DNA from: an uncultured Planctomycetales bacterium | Lineage (GTDB): Bacteria > Omnitrophota > Gorgyraeia > Gygaellales > Profunditerraquicolaceae | DNA: 64,000 nucleotides | Direction: 5' to 3' | NCBI GenBank assembly: GCA_964603585.1 | Contig: CAZRVK010000009.1 | Span: 7,319-71,318, forward strand | Shown: positions 20,595-29,381 of the stretch, one piece after another | How the letters are laid out: each line of letters opens with the position of its first letter | Numbering within the stretch: the stretch's first letter is position 1 | Translations under genes and position numbers: made by a program | Notes under the pieces: model-generated | What the model saw: the letters and a program-made list of their open reading frames with translations, nothing else | The model's database searches: none | What the model was told of the DNA's origin: nothing

Positions 20595-21806
20595 TTATAA
20601 ATAAACAACATCGTCCTTATAAAATAACGAAAGAAACAGCAGGATATAGTCACGTAAATGCCTGGTGATGAGAAAATTGTTCCGGATATGTTCCTTGCCG
20701 TTGTCTCCCAGTTTTTGGGCATACGCCGGGCTGTTTAAAAGTTGTTTTAAGCCAAAGGATGCCCCCGGGACCGAATGGCACAACAATCCGGAATATTTGT
20801 GTTTGATCTGCAGGGGGATCCCCCCTACATTAGAGGCAATCACCGGTTTTGCTTTCCATAAAGCTTCCGCCACCGTCAGACCAAACCCTTCGCGAAGGGA
20901 TTTTTGCATGATGATCGTGGAAGCCCGCTGCAGCGCATTAATTTCTATGTCATTTTGAGAAAGAAGCAAAATATGGATATCTTCGTCTTTATCGGCGCGT
21001 TCTTTTACCTCGGCAAAGACTTGAGCCCCTTCCGGGTCATCCACTGCACCCCCTCCGGCTAAAACCAGCCGGCAATCAACATATTTCTTTACTTCCGCAT
21101 ATGCCTCAATGACACCTAAAGGATCCTTTAAACGGTCAAAACGGGATATTTGCGTAATAATAGGTTTATCTTTGGGGATCTTGTATTTACGCAGTACCGC
21201 ATCAATTATTTCCTGCGGCAATTCTTTATTTTTATCACTTAAAGGGTCAATCGAAGGAGAGATCAAAAATTGCCTTATCGGTAGTTTTCTTGAAAAAGAA
21301 GGCGCAGAAAATACAGCCGAATCATATTGGACTATGAAATCCATTAAGAAATCCCAAACCTTCTTATTGGGATTGGACACATCAATATGGCAGCGCCACA
21401 GCCATTTATTGGCGCCTTTCTTCTTGACCATGGCGATCGGTTGCGGGTCATGCACAAATACAATATCCCCGTATATATTCAATTCTTTAAGATTCTCCTG
21501 GCTTGTTTCCAGAAAAATATCAAAATCCCGGGAATTAATCGCTCCCGCCTGCCCGTGAAGCAGGTTATGGAACTTCTTCGTGACCTCAAAAAACTGTTCT
21601 CCCCCTTTTATCACATCCCAGCGGGTATCAATCCCCAGCTGCTGCAGCAATGGGGTCATCCGGTTAAGGATCTCGGCAACACCCCCTCCTACGGCCGTAG
21701 AATTAATATGCTGGATAGACTTTCCTTTTAGGCGGCTTGATATAAGGCGCAGATCATCTATCACGGATTGCCCCACAAGAGGGATATACTCTTCTATGTT
21801 TATCAT
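20595..21806 (-). CDS. GT4 retaining glycosyltransferase, TreT-like (trehalose glycosyltransferring synthase) candidate
   Basis: 403 aa with N-terminal INSTAVGGGVAEIL and a C-terminal E..G....EA motif (REGFGLTVAEALWKAKPV). Size and motifs resemble TreT. It sits in an operon with otsB and otsA. Confidence 0.55.
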   Translation of the reverse strand: MINIEEYIPLVGQSVIDDLRLISSRLKGKSIQHINSTAVGGGVAEILNRMTPLLQQLGIDTRWDVIKGGEQFFEVTKKFHNLLHGQAGAINSRDFDIFLETSQENLKELNIYGDIVFVHDPQPIAMVKKKGANKWLWRCHIDVSNPNKKVWDFLMDFIVQYDSAVFSAPSFSRKLPIRQFLISPSIDPLSDKNKELPQEIIDAVLRKYKIPKDKPIITQISRFDRLKDPLGVIEAYAEVKKYVDCRLVLAGGGAVDDPEGAQVFAEVKERADKDEDIHILLLSQNDIEINALQRASTIIMQKSLREGFGLTVAEALWKAKPVIASNVGGIPLQIKHKYSGLLCHSVPGASFGLKQLLNSPAYAQKLGDNGKEHIRNNFLITRHLRDYILLFLSLFYKDDVVYL

Positions 21807-21807
21807 T

Positions 21808-22479
21808 TTAACAGGATATCCTATTCTCGACGATATTAATAATCGTTGCCCTTAAATCTTCCAATGTCCTGGTGTACGGGTCAAGCCTAGATATTTCTTC
21901 AGCAGTATCTTTATCATCCAATGAATGCTCGAACCAATTCGAAAAATCATTGGTATCATGCTCTAACCTTAAACGCGACTCAAAGATATGGAAGTAAATA
22001 GAATCCACCGTGATTCTCTTTAGGATATTAACGAATTCTTCACGATCACGCGCCTCATTTGCGGTAGGGATGATAAAACTTATCGATTTTATGAAATGAA
22101 ACTCTTCACCTTCCCTGGCGAATTTAAGCTTTGCCCACTGATTATTCTTGAGATGCTCTTCAATCGTTTCGACGATCTTGTCCCTTAAGTTCCTGATGTT
22201 GGAGAACTGTATGGTATCGATACTGGCAAGCTCCTCCCCTAACCTCTCATCGCCTATGATCTTAGTTACCCAATACGCAAAATCATTGGGCGGCTCGGGA
22301 GACAAGTATTGATGCTGTAGCAAAAACCTGTGGGTGTGATGATAGATACATGAACCGGGGACACTTTTTATCAAATCTTTCAATTGCCATAGCGTGGCGG
22401 CCCTTAACCCGGTCAGCTCGGATAAATGCAGCCGCGCATAAAATCTGAATGGCTCTTTTGACTTAGATAAAGATGGCAT
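21808..22479 (-). CDS. hypothetical protein (223 aa) in the trehalose operon
   Basis: Good coding potential. No recognisable motifs. Confidence 0.5.
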   Translation of the reverse strand: MPSLSKSKEPFRFYARLHLSELTGLRAATLWQLKDLIKSVPGSCIYHHTHRFLLQHQYLSPEPPNDFAYWVTKIIGDERLGEELASIDTIQFSNIRNLRDKIVETIEEHLKNNQWAKLKFAREGEEFHFIKSISFIIPTANEARDREEFVNILKRITVDSIYFHIFESRLRLEHDTNDFSNWFEHSLDDKDTAEEISRLDPYTRTLEDLRATIINIVENRISC

Positions 22480-22481
22480 CG

Positions 22482-23273
22482 TTATCCTATCCCCAGTATT
22501 TGTTCCATGAATTTATCCACTTCTACCGCATCATTCACAAAATAATCCGCCTCTGAAACCTTGGGAGGGCCTACAAATATTGTTAAGCCTTTGTTCTTTA
22601 ATATTCGAAAACCATCCTCGTCGGTTATATCATCCCCGAGGTAAACGGGGAAGATATCATCTTTTACGGCTGAACCTTGGGGCCTGGACAAAAACCACAA
22701 TACCGCCTTGCCTTTATCCCAGTCCACCTTAGGCCTGATTTCACAGACCTTCTTACCTTCTTTAATCTCGATCTTTTTGCGCACCATAAAAGGATCTGTA
22801 ACCTCCGAGAAAATGCGCAAAAACCTTGGCATCTCTTTTGGATCCATTAAACGATAATGCACACTAATCGCCAAGCCTTTATCCTCGATCAACACCCCCT
22901 TGATCCCTGCAAGATTATTTAATATATCCTTATAAAGGTTGCGGATAACCAACCTTAATCTCGGTGAAACCTGGCTTTCAAACTTTATTCCGGGCCCTTC
23001 TATCTCTATACCATGATTACCTACATAAACAATCTCTTTTAGTCCAATAATGTTCTTTATATCTGGCAATGCCCGCCCGCTTATTACCGCTACCTTAAAA
23101 TTATTTCTTTTAGACAATTGCCTTAGCAATTCTTTTGTCTTCCCGGAGATCTCCGCCTGCTGCGGGGTCTCTGCGATCGGGGTTAAAGTCCCATCATAGT
23201 CAAAAAAGAATAAAATATGTTTGCCGTACAACTGCCCTTTTATCTGTTCCCACTGGTCGAATAAATATTGCAT
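22482..23273 (-). CDS. otsB: trehalose-6-phosphate phosphatase (HAD superfamily)
   Basis: FFDYDGTLTPIA and GDDITDE HAD motifs. Confidence 0.8.
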   Translation of the reverse strand: MQYLFDQWEQIKGQLYGKHILFFFDYDGTLTPIAETPQQAEISGKTKELLRQLSKRNNFKVAVISGRALPDIKNIIGLKEIVYVGNHGIEIEGPGIKFESQVSPRLRLVIRNLYKDILNNLAGIKGVLIEDKGLAISVHYRLMDPKEMPRFLRIFSEVTDPFMVRKKIEIKEGKKVCEIRPKVDWDKGKAVLWFLSRPQGSAVKDDIFPVYLGDDITDEDGFRILKNKGLTIFVGPPKVSEADYFVNDAVEVDKFMEQILGIG

Positions 23274-23277
23274 CCAG

Positions 23278-25515
23278 TTATACTTTCTTTAACGCCGCAA
23301 GTTCGGTAATAATATTCCCTGCCCAGCGATAAATATTGTTCTCCATGACCACCTTCTGCATCTTCTCCATCCGCCTTGTTTTTTCCTCACCCGGCAGGTC
23401 AAGGGCTGACTTTATACTGTCGGCAAACTCTTCTATCGAATAGGGATTTACTTGAACCGCATCGGTCAACTCTCTTGCTGCCCCGGTAAACTGGCTTAAA
23501 ATCAGGGCGCCCGAGAGGTCTTTTTTGGCCGCTACGTATTCCTTGGCCACAAGGTTCATCCCGTCATGAAGCGAGCTAACGATACAAAGATCGGCCATTT
23601 TATAAAACGGCTCGATTTCATCCAGTGAAAAATGCTTTTTAAGATAAATGATCGGTTTCCAGCTATGATCGGAATATTTCCAGTTTTTCTTCTCGATTAA
23701 TTCGTCGATTTCTGCCATCAGGTCATGATAACGCTTTATATGCACGCGGCTGGGGGCAGCCAGCTGGATAAAAACAAATTTCTTCTGATACTCCGGGTAC
23801 TTTTCTAAAAACCTGTCTATCGCAAGCACCCTTTCCACGATCCCTTTTGTATAGTCGATCCGATCGACCCCCAGGCCAATGATTTTTCCTTCAAGATCAA
23901 ACTCCTTCTTAATCGTATCCACCTCTTGCATTACTGCTGGATCATTTCGGCTTTGATTTAAATGCCCATTAACACTGATCGGAAAAGCCCGCACAAAAGT
24001 TTCTTTTTCGGAACGGACAATACTGAACTTCTCCAAGTCAACTCTTGATTCAAGGAGCCTGTTAGCTGTATCCAGGAAATTATTGCAATGGTTCTGCACA
24101 TGAAAACCTATTAAATCGCACCCAAGCATCCCTTCCAGGATCTCTTTGCGATAAGGGCAAATGGAAAATGCCTCTGGGGTAGGCCAAGGTATATGCCAAA
24201 ACATGGCGATCGTAACGTCGGGACGCTTCTCCTTGATCATTTTCCCAAGCAGGGTAAAATGATAATCCTGAATGAACACAAAGGCGTGTTTGGCGGGAAG
24301 CTCATCTAAAACAGAATCCGCGAACTTCTGATTCACCTTCTTATAAATCTGCCAGTCCGAATCACGAAAGATCGGCCGGGTATGTGTATTATGGCTTAAA
24401 GGCCATAACCCCTCATTGGAAAACCCGTAATAATAACCGTCCTCTTCTTCTTTATTAAGCCATACCCTTTTTAAGATATAACGTATATCTTTAGGCGGGA
24501 CACCGAGCTTGTCCTTTGAATTGACGAATTTTTTATCCACATTCCCGGACCCGTGAGCAATCCATGTGCCGCCACAAGCACATAAAACCGGGTGAAGCGC
24601 CGTAACCACCCCGCTTGCAGGCCTGATACATCTTTCTAAACCAGTTGCCTCATCAGCTATATGCATATATGGCTCACGGTTAGAAACTACAAATAACGAA
24701 TTCTCACCCAGCTTAGCCCGGACAAGGTCTTTTAATTTTACTTCCGTCCATATTTCTTCTTTTTCTATACGCACCTGTGCTTCGTCGGAGATCGAACGCC
24801 TGGCGACCCTTAAATTCAAAGCCACCTGCTCAACCTCACTGGCAAGTTTGCCTAAATCCCCCTTTTCCCTGATAGGATGTGCTTCATCGGTTTCGCCTTT
24901 CTGAAAATATTGAAACCAATCCGTGAGCCGTTTAATAGGCAAAACAAAGATCTGCCGATGCAAAAGAATGGATATCGCAAAGATCACTACTACTAAGATT
25001 ATTAACGTCGAGCTAATACGTCTCCAGAGTTCAGTTAACCTGGCAAAAACATATGAGGTATCATGTATAACCTCGATCATTCCCAAAAGCTCGCCCTCAT
25101 CATCAAGGATAGGAAGGATATAACTGTAAATCTGGTAATCCTTAAACTGCTCCATTTCCCCTCTGGGGGATTTGCCGGTCAAAACATCTTTGATATAAGG
25201 CTTATCTTTTTCTTTCCAATCGCCGAAACGTTTAGTAAGCGCGATTATATTACCGTCTTTGTCATAAATAGCGCACCCCTGTAATCTTTCCCTGGTTTCA
25301 AACTTCTCGGTAAGATAATTTGCGTTCTTGAGATCATTGGCTAAAAGCACGTGTTTTACCGATAATTCCATGCTTTCAGCGATGCTTTTGGCTTTTCGTT
25401 TCAAGTCATCAATCAGCTTCTCTTCTTCAAAACGCACCTGAAAGAAACCAAAAAGCGTAAAAGCCGCGGAAACAATAATTAAGATCGGCAGGATAAATAA
25501 AAGGACTCTTCGCAT
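23278..25515 (-). CDS. otsA: membrane sensor-HAMP domain fused to trehalose-6-phosphate synthase
   Basis: A TM helix (residues 5-25), an extracytoplasmic domain of about 140 aa, a second TM helix and a HAMP-like segment. A full OtsA GT20 domain then runs from about residue 265 to 745, including a VNPYS motif. GAGGTGG Shine-Dalgarno. Confidence 0.8.
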   Translation of the reverse strand: MRRVLLFILPILIIVSAAFTLFGFFQVRFEEEKLIDDLKRKAKSIAESMELSVKHVLLANDLKNANYLTEKFETRERLQGCAIYDKDGNIIALTKRFGDWKEKDKPYIKDVLTGKSPRGEMEQFKDYQIYSYILPILDDEGELLGMIEVIHDTSYVFARLTELWRRISSTLIILVVVIFAISILLHRQIFVLPIKRLTDWFQYFQKGETDEAHPIREKGDLGKLASEVEQVALNLRVARRSISDEAQVRIEKEEIWTEVKLKDLVRAKLGENSLFVVSNREPYMHIADEATGLERCIRPASGVVTALHPVLCACGGTWIAHGSGNVDKKFVNSKDKLGVPPKDIRYILKRVWLNKEEEDGYYYGFSNEGLWPLSHNTHTRPIFRDSDWQIYKKVNQKFADSVLDELPAKHAFVFIQDYHFTLLGKMIKEKRPDVTIAMFWHIPWPTPEAFSICPYRKEILEGMLGCDLIGFHVQNHCNNFLDTANRLLESRVDLEKFSIVRSEKETFVRAFPISVNGHLNQSRNDPAVMQEVDTIKKEFDLEGKIIGLGVDRIDYTKGIVERVLAIDRFLEKYPEYQKKFVFIQLAAPSRVHIKRYHDLMAEIDELIEKKNWKYSDHSWKPIIYLKKHFSLDEIEPFYKMADLCIVSSLHDGMNLVAKEYVAAKKDLSGALILSQFTGAARELTDAVQVNPYSIEEFADSIKSALDLPGEEKTRRMEKMQKVVMENNIYRWAGNIITELAALKKV

Positions 25516-25730
25516 TAAAATACCACCTCACATGACCAGGGGGCCCAAGGATTGTAAAAACAATGGGCCGGCACCTGAGATGACTCAGATGGCGGCCCGA
25601 CCATCTATTAATCCTCCAAGGATATTTTACGCATCCCCAGACCACTTAGATTAAATTTCTTCCTGTAATATACCACAACCCAAGCAAACTTCAACAAAAA
25701 CTTACAAACCGCAGATACCTAATAAAGTAA

Positions 25731-25795
25731 TAAAGGGGACGTTTCTATTTTTCTAAATACTATCGAAAAAACGAAAAATAGAAACGTCCCCTTTA
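25731..25795 (-). terminator. 22-bp perfect palindrome hairpin (21-nt loop)
   Basis: TAAAGGGGACGTTTCTATTTTT at 25731-25752 is perfectly complementary to 25774-25795. It lies directly 3' of the small ORF. Confidence 0.5.
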
Positions 25796-25797
25796 TT

Positions 25798-26004
25798 TCA
25801 AGAAGCAACTATTGTAGAACAAACATCGCAAGGGATTGATCCGCAAGGGGAGAATTCCGAGTCTGGACCGCTGGTAAACTCCACACCATCAGGCATTTTG
25901 CAAGAAATAAGAACCACTTCTTCCCTGCTTGCTTTTATTAGCCTTATCAACGATGGCTTTACCCAAATCTTTTTGATTTTACACTCCATGCTTTCATTAG
26001 ACAT
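25798..26004 (-). CDS. small Cys-rich protein (68 aa), leaderless
   Basis: MSNESMECKIKKIW...SPCGSIPCDVCSTIVAS begins at an ATG 7 nt after a perfect -10. It ends at the palindrome. Confidence 0.35.
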   Translation of the reverse strand: MSNESMECKIKKIWVKPSLIRLIKASREEVVLISCKMPDGVEFTSGPDSEFSPCGSIPCDVCSTIVAS

Positions 26005-26010
26005 GAAAAA

Positions 26011-26039
26011 ATTATACTTCACAAGTTTTATCCTGTCAA
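26011..26039 (-). promoter_or_regulatory. perfect consensus sigma70 promoter (TTGACA, 17 nt spacer, TATAAT)
   Basis: On the minus strand ATTGACAGGATAAAACTTGTGAAGTATAATTTTTTCATG. Confidence 0.6.
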
Positions 26040-26149
26040 TAACCCGATAAGGAGGTAATAGAAAAATGCCTGTCCCAAAAGTGACTGTCACCTTTGACAT
26101 GCCTAAATAAAACAAAAAGAGAGGGTTACAATAACCCCCTCTTTTTAAA

Positions 26150-26224
26150 TGGTGCCGAGGAAGAGAATCGAACTCCCCACGCCGGCCTTTTCAGGGCCGC
26201 GCTCTACCACTGAGCTACCTCGGC
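26150..26224 (-). tRNA. tRNA-Phe (anticodon GAA), CCA encoded
   Basis: The reverse complement GCCGAGGTAGCTCAGTGGTAGAGCGCGGCCCTGAAAAGGCCGGCGTGGGGAGTTCGATTCTCTTCCTCGGCACCA has anticodon loop CTGAAAA. Confidence 0.8.
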
Positions 26225-26262
26225 AGAATATCTATTAAAACTTGACTTGAAATATATTGCTC

Positions 26263-26982
26263 TTATAAGCCTAACAATTTTACCACAAATGGTGAAAATA
26301 TCAAATAAATTATGAATAGAATGGCCATGATCAAAGAAAATGAGAATCCCCCAGTAATCCAATAAGATACAAACAAAACCAGCAATAACCCCGCAAGAGA
26401 AACAAAAACCGCTGGAATTGACCGGCATAAGATCATTCTTACGGAATTCAGGTTTGGATACTTGATCTTCGAGATCATGAGAAAAGACAGCCCTAACATT
26501 AAGAATAAAAATCCATACTTAGGGAAATACTGGACAGAATTTAAATACAGCAAAATAAGAAAACCCAGTATCCCCCCACTCATAGTAACAGGCAAACCGA
26601 CGAAACAATTTGATAATTCTTCCTTAGGAGTAAGATTGTATCTTGCCAGGCGCAATACAGCGCAAATCAAGTAAATAGATAAAACCCCGACTACCCAAAA
26701 ATGAGATTTTTCATATATCAACGTATACCCCAATACTGACGGAGCTACGCCAAAAGATACCAGGTCCGCAAGTGAATCGAGCTCCCTGCCGAATTGGTTA
26801 GAGTGATGGTTCATCCTCGCTAATTGCCCGTCCAAACCATCGAAAAACACAGATAATAGTATCGCCCAGCTCGCAATAAAAAATTGGGATTTAAAAGAGG
26901 AAATAACAGAAAGAAACCCCAAGATAAGGTTTACCAGGCTAAAAATATTAGCCAGACGATTATAAGGCACATCATTCTTCAT
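26263..26982 (-). CDS. pssA: CDP-alcohol phosphatidyltransferase (phosphatidylserine synthase-like)
   Basis: DGLDGQLAR...GRELDSLADLVSFG matches the D-G-x2-A-R...G-x3-D-x3-D motif. Polytopic. Confidence 0.7.
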   Translation of the reverse strand: MKNDVPYNRLANIFSLVNLILGFLSVISSFKSQFFIASWAILLSVFFDGLDGQLARMNHHSNQFGRELDSLADLVSFGVAPSVLGYTLIYEKSHFWVVGVLSIYLICAVLRLARYNLTPKEELSNCFVGLPVTMSGGILGFLILLYLNSVQYFPKYGFLFLMLGLSFLMISKIKYPNLNSVRMILCRSIPAVFVSLAGLLLVLFVSYWITGGFSFSLIMAILFIIYLIFSPFVVKLLGL

Positions 26983-27073
26983 TTGATTTCTTTTTTAGAG
27001 GACGGCTTGCAGGAATAACGGGCTGAAAGAAGAATGGCGCAATACCTAAACATGAATAACAAAATACCCGGCG

Positions 27074-28633
27074 TCATTTATAAACCCTTTCCTCCCTGCG
27101 TGCCCAGGCAATCTTAACCAAAACAGCTAATAATGCAAAAATCATCACCAATCCGACCCTGGTCCATAATATAAACGGACGATTGATCTGGGATACGTTT
27201 TTCATAAGGATAATCGGCATCCATTCCTGCCAAAACCACATCCCTAAAATAAAGAACAAAAATAAAGGGGTAATGTATTTAATAATGAATTTGTATGCTC
27301 CAGGCACGCGCATATCCGCACCCTTATGTATCTCATCCCAGGCTTTTTCCATCCCGAAAACCCAGGCAAAAAGGATAGTCTCAATGGTGGCAAAAAGCAC
27401 CAGGAAAAAAGTCCCTCCCCAGAAATCAAGCTCATCCACCACTCCCCGGCCTAAGAAAAATATCCCCGGCTGGCAAAGGATAAAACTTACTATTGCGAAT
27501 ATCTTTACCGCTTTTTTACGGTTAATATTGAATTCGTCTTCTAAAAAAGCTACTGCCGGCTGCGCAAGAGAAACAGAAGAAGTGATCCCTGCCAGAAAAA
27601 GCAGGAAAAACCAAAGGAATCCGAATATCTCCGAGAAAGGCAGTTTATTCAGCACAAGCGGCATGGTCACAAACCCCAGATTAAATACCCCGGAATGAGC
27701 AATCGATTGGATATCCTGCGGACCAAAAAAAACAAAGGCGGCAGGAATAATAATACTGCTTCCCAAAATCACTTCTGCAAACTCATTAGTGCTTGAGGCG
27801 GTAAGCCCGGAAAGGACTACATCATCACCTTTAGAGAGATAACTGGCATAAGTAAGGATCACGCCAATCCCTACGCTCAAAGTAAAGAATATCTGTCCTG
27901 CGGCTTCTAACCAGACTTTCGCTGACTTTAAAGCCGAAAAATCCGGGTTCCATAAGAAACCAAAACCATTAGCAATATTCCAATCCGGTTTGAGGGGGTC
28001 CGGAGCACCCAAGGTAATAACTCTTAATAATAACACTACCCCAAAGATAAAAAGAAGCGGCATTGCCCATTTGCAAAGTTTTTCAATCCCGCCTTTAATC
28101 CCATGATAAATCACCCAGATATTTAAAACAAAGGTTATCAGAAAAAATATATATGCCGGAGCAATCCCGTTAAAATGCTGGTTCTTTTCTAAACCTTGGA
28201 AGGCGCTTAGGAAGCTTTGCATCGCTGACTGGTCAAATAATTTACCGTATTTGCCGAATAAGGCGAAAAAACTATATGCTAACGTCCAAGATTCTATATA
28301 AAGATAATATATGAATATAACCAACGGGCCGAATATCCCAATTATCCCAAAATATTTGATAAACCGGTTTTTCTTCCAAAGGTTGTGGAATATACCAGGC
28401 GCGGTTCCATGTTCAAAACCTCCGCCATAACGCCCAAGCGTCCATTCAATCCACATCAAAGGTATCCCCAAAAGAAGAAGAGAGATAAAATACGGGATCA
28501 TGAATGCTCCCCCGCCATTTGCCGCAGCTTTGGCCGGAAAACGCAAAAAGTTACCCAGCCCAATGGCAGAACCCGCCACCGCCATAATGATCCCTAAACG
28601 CGTTCCCCAGCTATCCCTTATTTTCTTAGGCAT
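27074..28633 (-). CDS. sodium:neurotransmitter symporter family (SNF) transporter
   Basis: 519 aa with N-terminal GTRLGIIMAVAGSAIGLGNFLRFP and 11-12 TM helices. Confidence 0.8.
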   Translation of the reverse strand: MPKKIRDSWGTRLGIIMAVAGSAIGLGNFLRFPAKAAANGGGAFMIPYFISLLLLGIPLMWIEWTLGRYGGGFEHGTAPGIFHNLWKKNRFIKYFGIIGIFGPLVIFIYYLYIESWTLAYSFFALFGKYGKLFDQSAMQSFLSAFQGLEKNQHFNGIAPAYIFFLITFVLNIWVIYHGIKGGIEKLCKWAMPLLFIFGVVLLLRVITLGAPDPLKPDWNIANGFGFLWNPDFSALKSAKVWLEAAGQIFFTLSVGIGVILTYASYLSKGDDVVLSGLTASSTNEFAEVILGSSIIIPAAFVFFGPQDIQSIAHSGVFNLGFVTMPLVLNKLPFSEIFGFLWFFLLFLAGITSSVSLAQPAVAFLEDEFNINRKKAVKIFAIVSFILCQPGIFFLGRGVVDELDFWGGTFFLVLFATIETILFAWVFGMEKAWDEIHKGADMRVPGAYKFIIKYITPLFLFFILGMWFWQEWMPIILMKNVSQINRPFILWTRVGLVMIFALLAVLVKIAWARREERVYK

Positions 28634-28941
28634 TAGAACTTTTTACCGTGCCGATAAGCACGCGTTTTATTATACTCGATCTTCTTTAAAAGCGCGCCTT
28701 CCAAGTCTATTTCTCTTGCCCCGCAATAATCAAAGATCCGGATACAACAATCAGCGAGCTCTTCAGCAACATTCTCCTTGGTGCCATGGTTACGCATTGC
28801 CTCCAAAGCCTCCGATAATTCTGAATGCATTAAAGCGATTAACTCTCCGTCATTACGCGCCTCGATCCACCACCCCTTTTCTTTCGCAATGCTGTGGCAG
28901 ACCTCGATCAATTTATTGATGGAGTTATTATTCCCTGGCAT
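28633..28941 (-). CDS. MazG-like nucleotide pyrophosphohydrolase domain protein
   Basis: 102 aa with the small all-alpha EExxE/D motifs (ELSEALEA, EELADC). Confidence 0.6.
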   Translation of the reverse strand: MPGNNNSINKLIEVCHSIAKEKGWWIEARNDGELIALMHSELSEALEAMRNHGTKENVAEELADCCIRIFDYCGAREIDLEGALLKKIEYNKTRAYRHGKKF

Positions 28942-29366
28942 TATGGGGTCCTTTCTTTTTCAGTAAGTGCATTTTCTATAAACGGAAAAATCTTCTTTGA
29001 CATCTCCTCGACGGCATAAGTGCTGGGAGAGGCTAACTCTACCTTGGTATTATTTGCATCGATCTCTGTCAGAAATACCCCTACCGGAGTAGTATCAGAT
29101 TCTGAAACATAAAAAGCAATCAGTCTCTGGCTAAGATCCTCTCTATATATATACGCCTTGATATCTTTTAATGCCTCCCGCACCTTATTATCGCAAGCCT
29201 GGTAATCACAATTAAAAGTCTTAGACAAAGACCTGCTCCGGGCATCTTCGATCTGCTTGGTAGAAACACCCAGAAACCCACGGGTCGTCTCTTTAAGCAT
29301 CGCACATCCAGAGAATAAGAATAAAATTAGAACCCAGTAAAAAGCATGAAGCATTTTCCTTGGCAT
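28941..29366 (-). CDS. lipoprotein, unknown function
   Basis: Signal peptide with an LFSGC lipobox. Confidence 0.55.
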   Translation of the reverse strand: MPRKMLHAFYWVLILFLFSGCAMLKETTRGFLGVSTKQIEDARSRSLSKTFNCDYQACDNKVREALKDIKAYIYREDLSQRLIAFYVSESDTTPVGVFLTEIDANNTKVELASPSTYAVEEMSKKIFPFIENALTEKERTP

Positions 29367-29381
29367 ATTCCCTCCGTTAGA

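Noticed and set aside
25427-25645. 72-aa ORF in the otsA-fusion leader
   Set aside because: It overlaps the Shine-Dalgarno and start of the otsA fusion gene, has odd composition and no motifs. It is likely non-coding leader.
25798-26004. SCIFF/ranthipeptide-type RiPP precursor
   Set aside because: No radical-SAM maturase is adjacent. Cys spacing does not match SCIFF.
25798-26115. Full 105-aa tracked ORF
   Set aside because: Its first 37 codons overlap a perfect sigma70 promoter. Only the downstream 68-aa portion starting at ATG 26004 is plausible.
27183-27698. 171-aa plus-strand ORF
   Set aside because: Antisense within the SNF transporter. Its low-complexity basic composition comes from the complement of a hydrophobic gene.
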